32,000 nucleotides of DNA from an uncultured Chloroflexia bacterium (lineage in GTDB: Bacteria > Chloroflexota > Anaerolineae > Anaerolineales > Anaerolineaceae), in contig OY969938.1 of NCBI GenBank assembly GCA_963704755.1, positions 2,220,001 to 2,252,000 of the forward strand, written 5' to 3'. The notes below the pieces were generated by a model. It saw nothing but the letters and a program-made list of their open reading frames with translations, was not told the origin of the DNA and ran no database searches. Made by a program: the position numbers and the translations under genes. Every line of letters begins with the position of its first letter. Within the stretch, counting starts at the first letter, position 1. Of the stretch, positions 1-7,879 are shown piece after piece.

Positions 1-65
1 AATGTCAGCAGAACCACAACTAACACCAGAGCGGATATCGTTGCCATGCTTTTTGAAATTCTCAT
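1..65 (-). CDS. 5' end of a gene running off the left edge. The N-terminus MRISKSMATISALVLVVVLLT looks like a signal peptide or membrane anchor.
   Basis: ATG at 65-63 on the minus strand is preceded by AGGAG 6 nt upstream. A short basic N-region is followed by a hydrophobic stretch. It lies 74 nt downstream of the TasA-like gene on the same strand. Confidence 0.45.
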   Translation of the reverse strand, partial: MRISKSMATISALVLVVVLLT

Positions 66-88
66 ATCCGGCTCCTTGGTGAAAAGAT

Positions 89-114
89 CGGGGAGGCAGG
101 TATCCACCTCCCCG
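89..114 (-). terminator. Weak intrinsic terminator or intercistronic stem-loop after the TasA-like gene
   Basis: 8-bp stem CGGGGAGG / CCTCCCCG with a 10-nt loop. On the minus strand it is followed by ATCTTTTC. Confidence 0.35.
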
Positions 115-139
115 GTCTTTCCTTTATCGTGTCAAACTA

Positions 140-673
140 CTACGGAACAGCCTGCTCGGCCAGCAAAGTGTAGGTGAAGCTGTAACTTTCGTCCATGTGG
201 CCGGTTTCGGTCGCCGGGATGGTGAAGTTCCAATAAATCCCGCCGCCATAAGTTGCAGCAGCTAAAACGTAATTGCCGCTGGTGCTGATCTGGTTGCCCT
301 TGGCGTCGGTCAAATACATGGAGAAGAATGGAATTGTGTCCGAAGATGTTTTGACCAATCCGTGGACCTTGGCCGGGATGGAGCTCAAATTATCGATCGC
401 CGATCCGCCTTCGCAGAAATATCCAGGGTAGCCATTGGAAATGGTGACGGTAATGTCATGGCCGTCTTCCGATAATTGGGCCGCACAGGTCGCCACGCCC
501 TGGGCATCATCATCGTACCAAAGCGGCATGAATTTGACATCGAAACTGCCGGTGTGGACCGTACCGCCGACGGTGAGGGTCTGTGACCAGGCACCGTAGG
601 TCAGTCCGAGGGAGGCCAGGCCGATCAGCAGCACAAAGGCCAGGGTGATATGTAAAGTTTTCTTGGAAAACAT
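140..673 (-). CDS. Secreted TasA/camelysin-like protein (SipW-dependent-type signal peptide family), 177 aa
   Basis: The start is trimmed to ATG 673-671, which has GGAGG 8 nt upstream. The N-terminus MFSKKTLHITLAFVLLIGLASLGLTYGAWSQTLTVGGTVHTGSFDV parallels the B. subtilis TasA N-terminus (..LALVGGGTWAAFND...TFASGTLDL). The rest is beta-rich and has no TM segment. Confidence 0.7.
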   Translation of the reverse strand: MFSKKTLHITLAFVLLIGLASLGLTYGAWSQTLTVGGTVHTGSFDVKFMPLWYDDDAQGVATCAAQLSEDGHDITVTISNGYPGYFCEGGSAIDNLSSIPAKVHGLVKTSSDTIPFFSMYLTDAKGNQISTSGNYVLAAATYGGGIYWNFTIPATETGHMDESYSFTYTLLAEQAVP

Positions 674-770
674 GATTAAATCCTCCAGAATAAATGTATT
701 GTAAAAAGATTTGGAGGGTGGCATAATCACTACAGTGATGCGGTGATGCGATTGCGCCACCCATGTTACC

Positions 771-807
771 GGCCCTGGCAACCTCAACTTGCCAGGGTCC
801 CTTTTTT
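771..807 (+). terminator. Terminator-like hairpin plus T6, with uncertain function and orientation
   Basis: The stem is CCCTGGCAA / TTGCCAGGG (9 bp, extendable) with a 7-nt loop, followed by CCCTTTTTTG on the plus strand. No plus-strand gene lies upstream. On the minus strand it sits in the leader of the TasA-like gene. Confidence 0.3.
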
Positions 808-1020
808 GTCGGCCAGCTTTCCAGTCGAGTAGATCTCCTCTCCTTCCCCGTGGTTCTTCCAGCGCGAACTACTCCGTGGGAGGTACCCGGATTGAACTCC
901 GCGCTACCAGGCGTGGAAAATGACCCGATCCACACCGGTAGTTTGGCTGTTTGTGCAATTTTGCTTATTTCCGTGCTGAGAGTTTCTGCTCTGGCCGGTT
1001 TTTTCGCTTCGATGCGATTA

Positions 1021-1134
1021 AAATAAAAAACCAGCCACTTTCGTGGCCGGTTTCGCCATTTGCTCTGTGCGAGGTAATTCCTCTTCGGAAAGGCGATCCC
1101 CCATGTCCCCCGCACTTCATCGCATCCACGTTAT
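1021..1134 (-). ncRNA. Candidate small RNA or cis-regulatory leader (riboswitch/attenuator) of about 110 nt
   Basis: It is bounded by a near-consensus promoter (1141-1168) and an intrinsic terminator, CCGGCCAC-GAAA-GTGGCTGG followed by TTTTTTATTTT (1050-1021). The interior contains an 8-bp stem GTGCGGGG / CCTCGCAC. An alternative pairing TGGC..GCCA competes with the 5' arm of the terminator. No credible ORF is present. Confidence 0.45.
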
Positions 1135-1140
1135 GAAATC

Positions 1141-1168
1141 ATTATATAAGATTTATTGAAATTGTCAA
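1141..1168 (-). promoter_or_regulatory. Sigma70-type promoter: TTGACA, 16-nt spacer, TATAAT
   Basis: The minus strand reads TTATTGACAATTTCAATAAATCTTATATAATG. The -35 is at 1168-1163 and the -10 at 1146-1141. A T-rich tract lies upstream, inside a roughly 200-bp AT-rich island (1131-1330) in otherwise GC-rich DNA. Confidence 0.55.
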
Positions 1169-1408
1169 TAAAAAAAACCTTGGAATCTTATGGTAAATTT
1201 ACCAAATAGTTATTATTTTCCACAAATCAATGGATCGGAAGACTAATTCAAGCCAATAAATCAGTTTTTAGTTTTTTAAAGTAATATAAGAATTTGTTTA
1301 TCCTATTTTATAACAATTTTTTCGAACAGAGCTGTGGGACAGCTAAACCCTACCTGGGCCGGGTATATCCGCCTGCTCCTGCTATAATCCACCTATGGAG
1401 TTGCACTG

Positions 1409-3562
1409 ATGGCCGGTCCCCACCCTCCTGCGGATGCGCTGCCGCTGCCCGATTGGGCCGTGGCGGCCCAGGCTGACGCTGCCGGCCGGCGCCCGGTTGG
1501 GGGAACCCTGCGGCGATCGCTCGGCCGCATCCGCTCCAACGCTGCCGCCTGGCTGCTGGGGCTCGCCCTGGCCCTTTACCTGGCCGTGCGCCTGATCGGC
1601 CTGGCGGACTTCCCCATTTACTTCTTCACCGACGAGGCGGTCCAATCGGTGCTGGCCGGCGACCTGGTTCAGGATGGTTTCCACGGTTATTCCGGCGAGC
1701 TGCTGCCTACTTATTTTCCCAACGCCTCGCAATATAACTTGAGCTTTTCGGTCTATCTACAGGTCATCCCTTTCCTGCTGTTCGGCCATTCGGTGTACGC
1801 CACCCGCGCGGCCTCGGTACTGGTGACCCTGCTAGCCGCCCTGGCCGCCAGCCTGGCCCTGCGGGATATCTTCAAGAGCCGCTACGCCTGGCTGGGAGCG
1901 CTGCTGTTGAGTGTGACCCCGGTCTGGTTCCTGCACTCGCGCACTGCCTTCGAAACCGCCCTGGGCAGCACTTTCTTTATCGTCTTTTTGTATTGCTACG
2001 GCCGCTACCGGCTGGGTACGCTCAATTACCTGTACGGGGCGGCGGTTTTCGGGGCGCTCACCTTTTACACCTACAGCCCCGGTGAAATGGTCATCGCAGT
2101 CGCGGCCGGGCTGTTGTTCTTCTCCGACTTGCGCTACCACTGGCGGCACCGCAAGGTGGTGCTCCAAACCATCGCCCTGCTGGCTCTCTTTCTGATCCCC
2201 TACCTGCGCTTCCAGATCCAGCACCCCGGCGAGACCCTGCACCACCTGGTCCAGCTCGACTCATATTGGATCCAGGACCTCAGCCTGCCGCAGAAGCTGG
2301 GCCGCTACCTGAGCGAATACCTGAAAGGGCTGAACCCGATCTACTGGTACCAGCGCGACAGCCAGGGCCTGGTGCGCCACATCATGCGCAATTACGGCTA
2401 CCTGTGGCGGCCGGCCCTGCCCTTTACTGTCGCCGGCCTGCTGATCTGCCTGACGCGCATCCGCCGGCCGGAGTACCGCCTGGTGCTGGCCGCCCTGTTG
2501 GCGGCCCCCAGCGGCGCGGCCCTGGTGGAAATCGGCCCACCGCGCTTGCTGTTCATGGTGGCGCCGGCCGTGCTGCTGGCCGGCATCGGCCTGTCCTGGG
2601 CCCTGGATGGGCTGGAGCGGCTGATCCGGCGCTGGCGGCGTTGGCGGATGCCGGTCCACGGGCTGGTTTCACTGGCCGTGTTCGGCCTGCTGGCCTGGGC
2701 CAACGGGGCCATGCTGGTCGATGCCCTGGCCAACGGCCCGACCTGGTTCGACGATTATTCCTTGGGCGGCATGCAGTGGGGCGCCCGCCAGCTCTTCAGC
2801 CTGGTCGGCGACTACGCTCACCTGCACCCGGACGAAGACCTGCTCGTCAGCCCCACCTGGACCAACGGCGCCGACGTGGTGACCCGCTTTTTCTTCCCCG
2901 ATTTCCAGCCCTTCGCCTTAGGCAGCATCGAGGGCTACATCAGCCAGTACCAGCCGATCGACGCGAATGACGTTTTCGTCATGACCCCGCAAGAGATGAA
3001 GGACGTCCAGGACAGCGGCAAATTCACCGGCATCGACGTGGATATCACCCTGGATTACCCCAACGGCCAGCCCGGCTTCTATTTCGTCCACCTGCGCTAC
3101 GTGGCCAACATCCAACAGATCTTCGCGGGCGAAGAGCAGGCTCGCAAGGCGCTAAAAAGCAATTCGATCACGCTGCCGGATGGCAGCCAGGCCCAGGCGC
3201 AGTATTCCACCCTGGACCTGGGTAAAATCCAGGACCTGTTCGACGGCAGCCCGGCTACCCTGGCGCGCACCTGGGAATCCAACCCCATGCGGGTGCTGCT
3301 GACGTTTCCCCAGCCGCGTACGATCAGCGAGGTGAACGTGGTCGTCGGTGGGGTGCCCAGCAAAGTGACCGTGCTGCTCACACCCCCCGGTGCGAGCGGT
3401 CCGCTCGAATTTTCCCGCTCGGTAGGAGAACAGCCCAATCCGCAGGACGTGGAAGTGGACTTCGACCGGGCGTATAATGTGGATCACATCGAAATTCAGG
3501 TATTGAGCGTCGCGGAAAGCGAGCCGGCCCACGTCCACGCCTGGGAAATCACACTAAAATGA
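1409..3562 (+). CDS. GT39 / ArnT-PMT-like membrane glycosyltransferase with a large C-terminal extracytoplasmic domain, 717 aa
   Basis: It has many TM helices, a first-loop motif FFTDEAVQ (the DE motif typical of GT-C PMT_2/ArnT enzymes) and a soluble beta-rich C-terminal third. GGAG lies 8 nt upstream of the ATG. Its stop overlaps the next start (ATGA). Confidence 0.75.
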   Translation: MAGPHPPADALPLPDWAVAAQADAAGRRPVGGTLRRSLGRIRSNAAAWLLGLALALYLAVRLIGLADFPIYFFTDEAVQSVLAGDLVQDGFHGYSGELLPTYFPNASQYNLSFSVYLQVIPFLLFGHSVYATRAASVLVTLLAALAASLALRDIFKSRYAWLGALLLSVTPVWFLHSRTAFETALGSTFFIVFLYCYGRYRLGTLNYLYGAAVFGALTFYTYSPGEMVIAVAAGLLFFSDLRYHWRHRKVVLQTIALLALFLIPYLRFQIQHPGETLHHLVQLDSYWIQDLSLPQKLGRYLSEYLKGLNPIYWYQRDSQGLVRHIMRNYGYLWRPALPFTVAGLLICLTRIRRPEYRLVLAALLAAPSGAALVEIGPPRLLFMVAPAVLLAGIGLSWALDGLERLIRRWRRWRMPVHGLVSLAVFGLLAWANGAMLVDALANGPTWFDDYSLGGMQWGARQLFSLVGDYAHLHPDEDLLVSPTWTNGADVVTRFFFPDFQPFALGSIEGYISQYQPIDANDVFVMTPQEMKDVQDSGKFTGIDVDITLDYPNGQPGFYFVHLRYVANIQQIFAGEEQARKALKSNSITLPDGSQAQAQYSTLDLGKIQDLFDGSPATLARTWESNPMRVLLTFPQPRTISEVNVVVGGVPSKVTVLLTPPGASGPLEFSRSVGEQPNPQDVEVDFDRAYNVDHIEIQVLSVAESEPAHVHAWEITLK

Positions 3563-3978
3563 ATAGAAAACGTGCAAAACGATCTCTTTGGACCGTTGCT
3601 GAAGTAATCGTATTCTTGTTGCTATCCCTGAACGGCTGGCTGCGTTTGCAGCAGGCCGTTTCTTACTGGAGTATCCTGGAACAGCTCAAACTTTACCCCA
3701 GTGGGCTGTATCTGGCCATCACCGGCGGTTTGATGGGATTGAGCGGCCTGGCAGCCGGGCTGGTGTTATGGTTCCGCCGGCCGGGCGCCGACTGGGTCGC
3801 CCTGGCGGTGGCTGTTACCTGGCTGGCCATGACCTGGGTGGAGCGTCTGGCGCTGGCTGCCACGCCCGCCGCCTCGTCCAACTGGCCTTTCATGCTGGGC
3901 GTAACTATCCTGGCGCTTATCGCGGTTGGCCTGCCCGTAATCCGCAGGCCGAGGAATTCTGCCCATGACCCAAAATGA
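3559..3978 (+). CDS. Small integral membrane protein (about 4 TM), function unknown
   Basis: It is translationally coupled to the GT39-like gene by an ATGA overlap. It has hydrophobic helices and GC3-rich codon usage like its neighbours. Confidence 0.65.
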   Translation: MNRKRAKRSLWTVAEVIVFLLLSLNGWLRLQQAVSYWSILEQLKLYPSGLYLAITGGLMGLSGLAAGLVLWFRRPGADWVALAVAVTWLAMTWVERLALAATPAASSNWPFMLGVTILALIAVGLPVIRRPRNSAHDPK

Positions 3979-4582
3979 AGTTGAAATCGAATCCAAGTTC
4001 TACCTGCGCGACCTGCCCGCATTCGAGCAGCGCCTGAAAGCCGCCGGGGGGGAGTTGGTCAAACCACGCGTGCAGGAAGTCAACCTGCGCTTCGATCTGC
4101 CGGATGGCAGCCTGGCCCAAGCTCACCAGGTGCTGCGCCTGCGCCGGGACACCAACGCAGTGCTGACTTTCAAGGGCCCAACCCGCCGGGATTCCGAGGT
4201 AGCCGAGCGCCAGGAGATCGAGATCCTGGTCAGCGACCTGGGCGCCGCCCGCCGCTTGCTGGAGGCCCTGGGCTACCAGGTGGTGGTGATGTACGAAAAA
4301 TTCCGCACCACGTACCGGCTGGAGGATATGGAAGTAGTTTTGGACGAGATGCCGTACGGGAATTTCTGCGAGATCGAGGCCCTGGACGCCGAGCAAATCC
4401 ACGCGGCCGCCCAACGCCTGGGCCTGAATTGGGATGCCCGTATCGGCACCAGCTACCTGGGACTGTTCGAGCAGCTCAAGATGAACCTGGCGCTGGAAAT
4501 CCAGAATTTGAGCTTTATCGCTTTCCAGAATCTGACTGTTTTTCCGCGCGACCTGGGGGCCGTTTACGCCGATTTAGCCTGA
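3965..4582 (+). CDS. CYTH domain protein (class IV adenylate cyclase / triphosphatase-like)
   Basis: The N-terminal EIESKF matches the ExExK signature of CYTH/CyaB. Length is about 200 aa. GAGGAA lies upstream, and there is a 14-nt overlap with the previous gene. Confidence 0.78.
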   Translation: MTQNEVEIESKFYLRDLPAFEQRLKAAGGELVKPRVQEVNLRFDLPDGSLAQAHQVLRLRRDTNAVLTFKGPTRRDSEVAERQEIEILVSDLGAARRLLEALGYQVVVMYEKFRTTYRLEDMEVVLDEMPYGNFCEIEALDAEQIHAAAQRLGLNWDARIGTSYLGLFEQLKMNLALEIQNLSFIAFQNLTVFPRDLGAVYADLA

Positions 4583-4588
4583 AATTGC

Positions 4589-4635
4589 ACAGGTGATTGA
4601 TTTGGGCGGCTGTGCCGCCCAAATCAATCACCTGT
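4589..4635. terminator. Bidirectional terminator hairpin between the convergent CYTH gene and guaA
   Basis: Perfect 22-bp stem ACAGGTGATTGATTTGGGCGGC / GCCGCCCAAATCAATCACCTGT with loop TGT, followed by AAATATTTTTC on the plus strand. Confidence 0.7.
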
Positions 4636-4656
4636 AAATATTTTTCGGACAGGTTC

Positions 4657-6213
4657 TTATTCCCACTCGATGGTCGCCGGGGGTTTGCTGGTCACGTCGT
4701 ACACCACCCGGTTGACTCCTTGCACTTCGTTGACGATGCGGTTGGCGGCACGCCCCAGCAGATCGTAGGGCAGCGGCGCCCAGGTAGCCGTCATGAAGTC
4801 CTGGGTCATGACCGCCCGCAAGGCGATCACTTCCTGGTAGGTGCGCACGTCGCCCATCACGCCGACCGAGCGCACCGGCAGCAGCACGGCAAAGGCCTGC
4901 GAGATGCTTTCGGGTGCGTCCAGGGTATTCTTACCCAGCAGGCCGGCCTGGGTCAGCTCGTCCGTAAAAATGGCGTCGGCCGCCCGTAGGGTAGCCAGGC
5001 GCCCGGCGGTGATATCGCCCAGGCAGCGCACGGCCAGTCCCGGCCCGGGGAAAGGCTGCCGCCAGACCAGTTCGGCCGGCAGGCCCAGCGCCTCGCCCAC
5101 CCGGCGTACTTCGTCCTTAAACAGGTAGCGCAGCGGCTCGACCAGCTCGAAAGACAGGTCTTCCGGCAGGCCGCCCACGTTGTGGTGCGACTTGATCCGC
5201 TGGGCCTGGCCCCGTTCGGGCGCCGCCGATTCGATCACGTCCGGGTAAATGGTGCCCTGGACGAGGAAATGAGGCGAACCGGCCCGCCGGGCTTCCTGCT
5301 CGAAGACGCGGATGAAGGTCGCGCCGATGATTTTACGCTTTTGCTCGGGCTCACTCACCCCTTCGAGCGCCGAGAGGAAGGTCTGGGTAGCGTCCGCCAC
5401 GGCCAGTTGGTCGCCCAGGCTGTGCCGGAAAGCGATTTCCACCTGGTCGCGTTCGCCCTGGCGTAATAAGCCGGTATCCACGAACACGGCCCGCAGTTGG
5501 CTGCCGATCGCCTTTTGCACCAGCGCGGTGGCCACGCTCGAATCGACCCCGCCTGAGACGGCCGAGAGCACCTGCCGGTCACCGACCTGGGCGCGAACGC
5601 GCTCCACCGCCTGGGCAATGATCGATTCTGGCGTCCAATCCGGGCGGCAGCCGCACACCTCCACCGCGAAGCGGCGCAGGATTTCGGGGCCGCCGGGGGT
5701 GTGCTGTACCTCGGGATGGAACTGGACCCCGTACAGCCCGCGCTGCGGGTCGCCCATGGCGGCCACCGGGCTGTTGGCACTGCGGGCCAGCACCTTGAAC
5801 CCGGCCGGCGGCTGCTCGATGCGGTCGCCGTGCGACATCCATACCGGTTGCTGGCCCTGGGCCAGGAGCGGGTTAGCGCAAACCGTCTCCACCTCGGCCG
5901 GGCCGTACTCGCGCTCGCCGGCCGCCGCGACCCGCCCGCCCAGCGAATGGGTCAGCGCCTGCATGCCGTAGCAAATCCCCAGCACCGGCACCTGGGCTTC
6001 CAGGACGTAGTCCGGCAGGAAAGGCGCGTTTTCTTCATATACAGAAGCCGGCCCGCCGGAAAGGATGAAACCTCGCGGGTGCATGGCCAGGATGCGCTCT
6101 GCGGGTGCATTCCAGGGGAATAATTCGCAGTAAACCTGGGCCTCGCGGACCCGCCGGGCGATGAGCTGCGAATATTGCGAGCCAAAATCGAGGATGGCGA
6201 TCGAATCGGTCAT
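4657..6213 (-). CDS. guaA: GMP synthase (glutamine-hydrolysing)
   Basis: It is full length at 518 aa. It carries a GATase1 N-domain ([25 protein letters not shown]), an ATP-PPase motif SGGVDSS and the C-terminal dimerisation end PPATIEWE. Confidence 0.97.
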   Translation of the reverse strand: MTDSIAILDFGSQYSQLIARRVREAQVYCELFPWNAPAERILAMHPRGFILSGGPASVYEENAPFLPDYVLEAQVPVLGICYGMQALTHSLGGRVAAAGEREYGPAEVETVCANPLLAQGQQPVWMSHGDRIEQPPAGFKVLARSANSPVAAMGDPQRGLYGVQFHPEVQHTPGGPEILRRFAVEVCGCRPDWTPESIIAQAVERVRAQVGDRQVLSAVSGGVDSSVATALVQKAIGSQLRAVFVDTGLLRQGERDQVEIAFRHSLGDQLAVADATQTFLSALEGVSEPEQKRKIIGATFIRVFEQEARRAGSPHFLVQGTIYPDVIESAAPERGQAQRIKSHHNVGGLPEDLSFELVEPLRYLFKDEVRRVGEALGLPAELVWRQPFPGPGLAVRCLGDITAGRLATLRAADAIFTDELTQAGLLGKNTLDAPESISQAFAVLLPVRSVGVMGDVRTYQEVIALRAVMTQDFMTATWAPLPYDLLGRAANRIVNEVQGVNRVVYDVTSKPPATIEWE

Positions 6214-6782
6214 GGAGCGATGACGATTTTGCCCTCGATCATCGAGACGATCGAAACCAGCGCGTCCACCTGCACGCCCAGGTAAGCCAGTGCATCCCGG
6301 CCGCCCTCGAAGGTCTTCTCGATCAACGCACCGATGCCCACCAGGTCAGCGCCGGCAGCCTGGGTCAGGCGCACCAACCCCAGGATGGTGGCGCCGGAGG
6401 CCAGAAAGTCATCGATGATAAGGATTTTCTCGCCCTGCCCCAGGAATTCGGGCGAAACGATCAGCTCGGTCGGCCGGCCGCGGGTATGCGAGGGGGCGAT
6501 GGTCAGGTACACCTGGTCCGGCATGGTGATCGGCTTGGACTTGCGCGCGTAAACCACCGGCAGGCCCATGTGCAGGCCGGTCATCAAGGCCGGCGCAATG
6601 CCGGAAATTTCGGCTGTTAAAATACGGGTCGCGCCGCAGTTGGCGAACTTGCGCGCCAGTTCGGCTCCGCAGGCGTCCATTAATTGTGGGTCCACCTGGT
6701 GGTTGATAAAATGATCCACCTTGAGGATTCCTCCCCCCAGGTTTTTGCCCTCTTTCAAGATGCGGTCTTTCAGTGCTTGCAT
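6210..6782 (-). CDS. xpt: Xanthine phosphoribosyltransferase
   Basis: 190 aa, with [12 protein letters not shown]...[11 protein letters not shown] and the PRPP-binding motif [11 protein letters not shown]. An ATGA overlap with guaA suggests an operon. The RBS is AAGAGGG. Confidence 0.92.
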   Translation of the reverse strand: MQALKDRILKEGKNLGGGILKVDHFINHQVDPQLMDACGAELARKFANCGATRILTAEISGIAPALMTGLHMGLPVVYARKSKPITMPDQVYLTIAPSHTRGRPTELIVSPEFLGQGEKILIIDDFLASGATILGLVRLTQAAGADLVGIGALIEKTFEGGRDALAYLGVQVDALVSIVSMIEGKIVIAP

Positions 6783-6944
6783 GGCCCTCTTTCCATTCTG
6801 GGTAAACGTAGGATTAATTTAACTGCCCGGAAGGTCGGGTAGAACACCCAAATTCAAGATATTTGCGGGGACGAAACAAGGGTCCGAGCAGTTACGGTTA
6901 ATTTATGATTCCACTATTTTACGCTAAAACGAGGAATGTTTTAA

Positions 6945-6985
6945 CATGGGTATTGAGGCAAACTATGTTTGCCCCAATACCCATG
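6945..6985. promoter_or_regulatory. Long palindrome (candidate operator) in the xpt / gntR divergent intergenic region
   Basis: The sequence is CATGGGTATTG-A-GGCAAAC TAT GTTTGCC-C-CAATACCCATG: 18 bp paired, one A/C mismatch, 3-nt loop. The half-site CAATACCCATG recurs at 7034-7044. It abuts a weak possible minus-strand promoter (TTAAAA, 17-nt spacer, TAAAAT at 6944-6916). Confidence 0.35.
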
Positions 6986-7097
6986 GCATGGCCTTCTCAA
7001 GAAAGGGTTTGTCCAGTGAACATGAGAAAGTCCCAATACCCATGGGCACCCATCAACTCAAACTTGACTTTGCCCGGCCCGTCAGGGATAATGAAAC

Positions 7098-7109
7098 TGG
7101 TTATAACCA
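7098..7109. promoter_or_regulatory. Candidate GntR/HutC operator, perfect palindrome TGGTTATAACCA
   Basis: A 12-bp perfect palindrome of the GT-N-AC type lies 25 nt upstream of the GTG start of the GntR gene. Confidence 0.45.
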
Positions 7110-7133
7110 CATGATAGGATAACGAGAAACCAC

Positions 7134-7874
7134 GTGCCGAATATTGTCGATCCGAACGATTTTGCCCCCAAATATTTCCAGCTTGCCAATATCCTGCGTG
7201 AGCGCATTGCTGCCGGCGAGCTGGCGGCGCACCAGCCCATCCCATCCGAGCGCCAGTTGGAAGAAATTTATTCGGTCAGCCGCACTACCATCCGCCAGGC
7301 CATCGACCTGCTGGTCAAGCACGGCTTTTTATATCGCGAGCACGGCAAGGGCACCTTTGTCTCGCCGCAAAAACTGCAAAAAGGCATCTCCGAGCTGACC
7401 TCCTTCAGCGAAGATATGCAGCGGCGCGGGCTGGAACCCGGCCAGCGCATCCTGGAGATCGGCATGGTCCAGCCCACCGCCAAAATTTTGCAGCGCCTGG
7501 AGCTGCCGGCCGATACGCCGGCCGTGCTGCGCATCGAGCGCCTGCGCCTGGGCGACGACCTGCCCATGGGTATCCAGACCTCCTATTATTCTCTACCGGA
7601 AGGCCAGACCATCACCCGCGCAGACCTGGAGCCGAACGGCTCGATCTACCAGATCTTGCAGGAAAAGTTTCACCTCATCCCCACCGAGGCGGACGAGACT
7701 CTGGAGGTCACCCTGGCTACCCCGCGCGAGGCCATGCTCTTGCAGATCGAAGAAGGCAGCCCGCTGCTCCTCAGCAAACGGGTGACCTATTCCCAGTACC
7801 GGCGGGTGATCGAATTCGTCAAAATCCTCTACCGCGGCGACCGTTATCGGTATTACGCCAAGCTGACCCGGTAG
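7134..7874 (+). CDS. GntR family transcriptional regulator, HutC subfamily (wHTH plus UTRA domain)
   Basis: LPSERQLEEIYSVSRTTIRQAIDLLVKHGFLYREHGKGTFV is a typical GntR wHTH. The C-terminal region, about 150 aa, is UTRA-like. GTG start. Confidence 0.9.
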   Translation: MPNIVDPNDFAPKYFQLANILRERIAAGELAAHQPIPSERQLEEIYSVSRTTIRQAIDLLVKHGFLYREHGKGTFVSPQKLQKGISELTSFSEDMQRRGLEPGQRILEIGMVQPTAKILQRLELPADTPAVLRIERLRLGDDLPMGIQTSYYSLPEGQTITRADLEPNGSIYQILQEKFHLIPTEADETLEVTLATPREAMLLQIEEGSPLLLSKRVTYSQYRRVIEFVKILYRGDRYRYYAKLTR

Positions 7875-7879
7875 CCAAT

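Noticed and set aside
1055-1080. Similarity of CGCACAGAGCAAATGG (minus strand) to the c-di-GMP-I (GEMM-I) 5' consensus CGCACAGGGCAAACC
   Set aside because: The second conserved half (GGGACGCAAAGCC and its helix) is absent. The matching string also sits at the 3' end of the structure next to the terminator instead of at the 5' end. The match is treated as coincidental unless cmscan says otherwise.
510-1115. ORFs 510..1115 (-), 763..1026 (+) and 951..1136 (+) in the region upstream of the TasA-like gene
   Set aside because: They overlap the real CDS or the promoter/terminator elements, lack an RBS and have arbitrary composition. The region is better explained as leader/ncRNA.
1131-1330. The AT-rich 200-bp island as a possible replication origin or integrated foreign fragment
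   Set aside because: No DnaA-box clusters, dnaA/dnaN context or integrase/att-like repeats are present. It sits between divergent transcription units and contains a consensus promoter, so a promoter/curved-DNA region is the simpler reading.
6855-6900. ykkC/guanidine- or PRPP-riboswitch-like string GGGTCCGAGCAG..ACGG on the plus strand
   Set aside because: It is on the wrong strand for xpt-guaA, and the downstream conserved GGGA-AAAGCCCGGGAG portion is missing.
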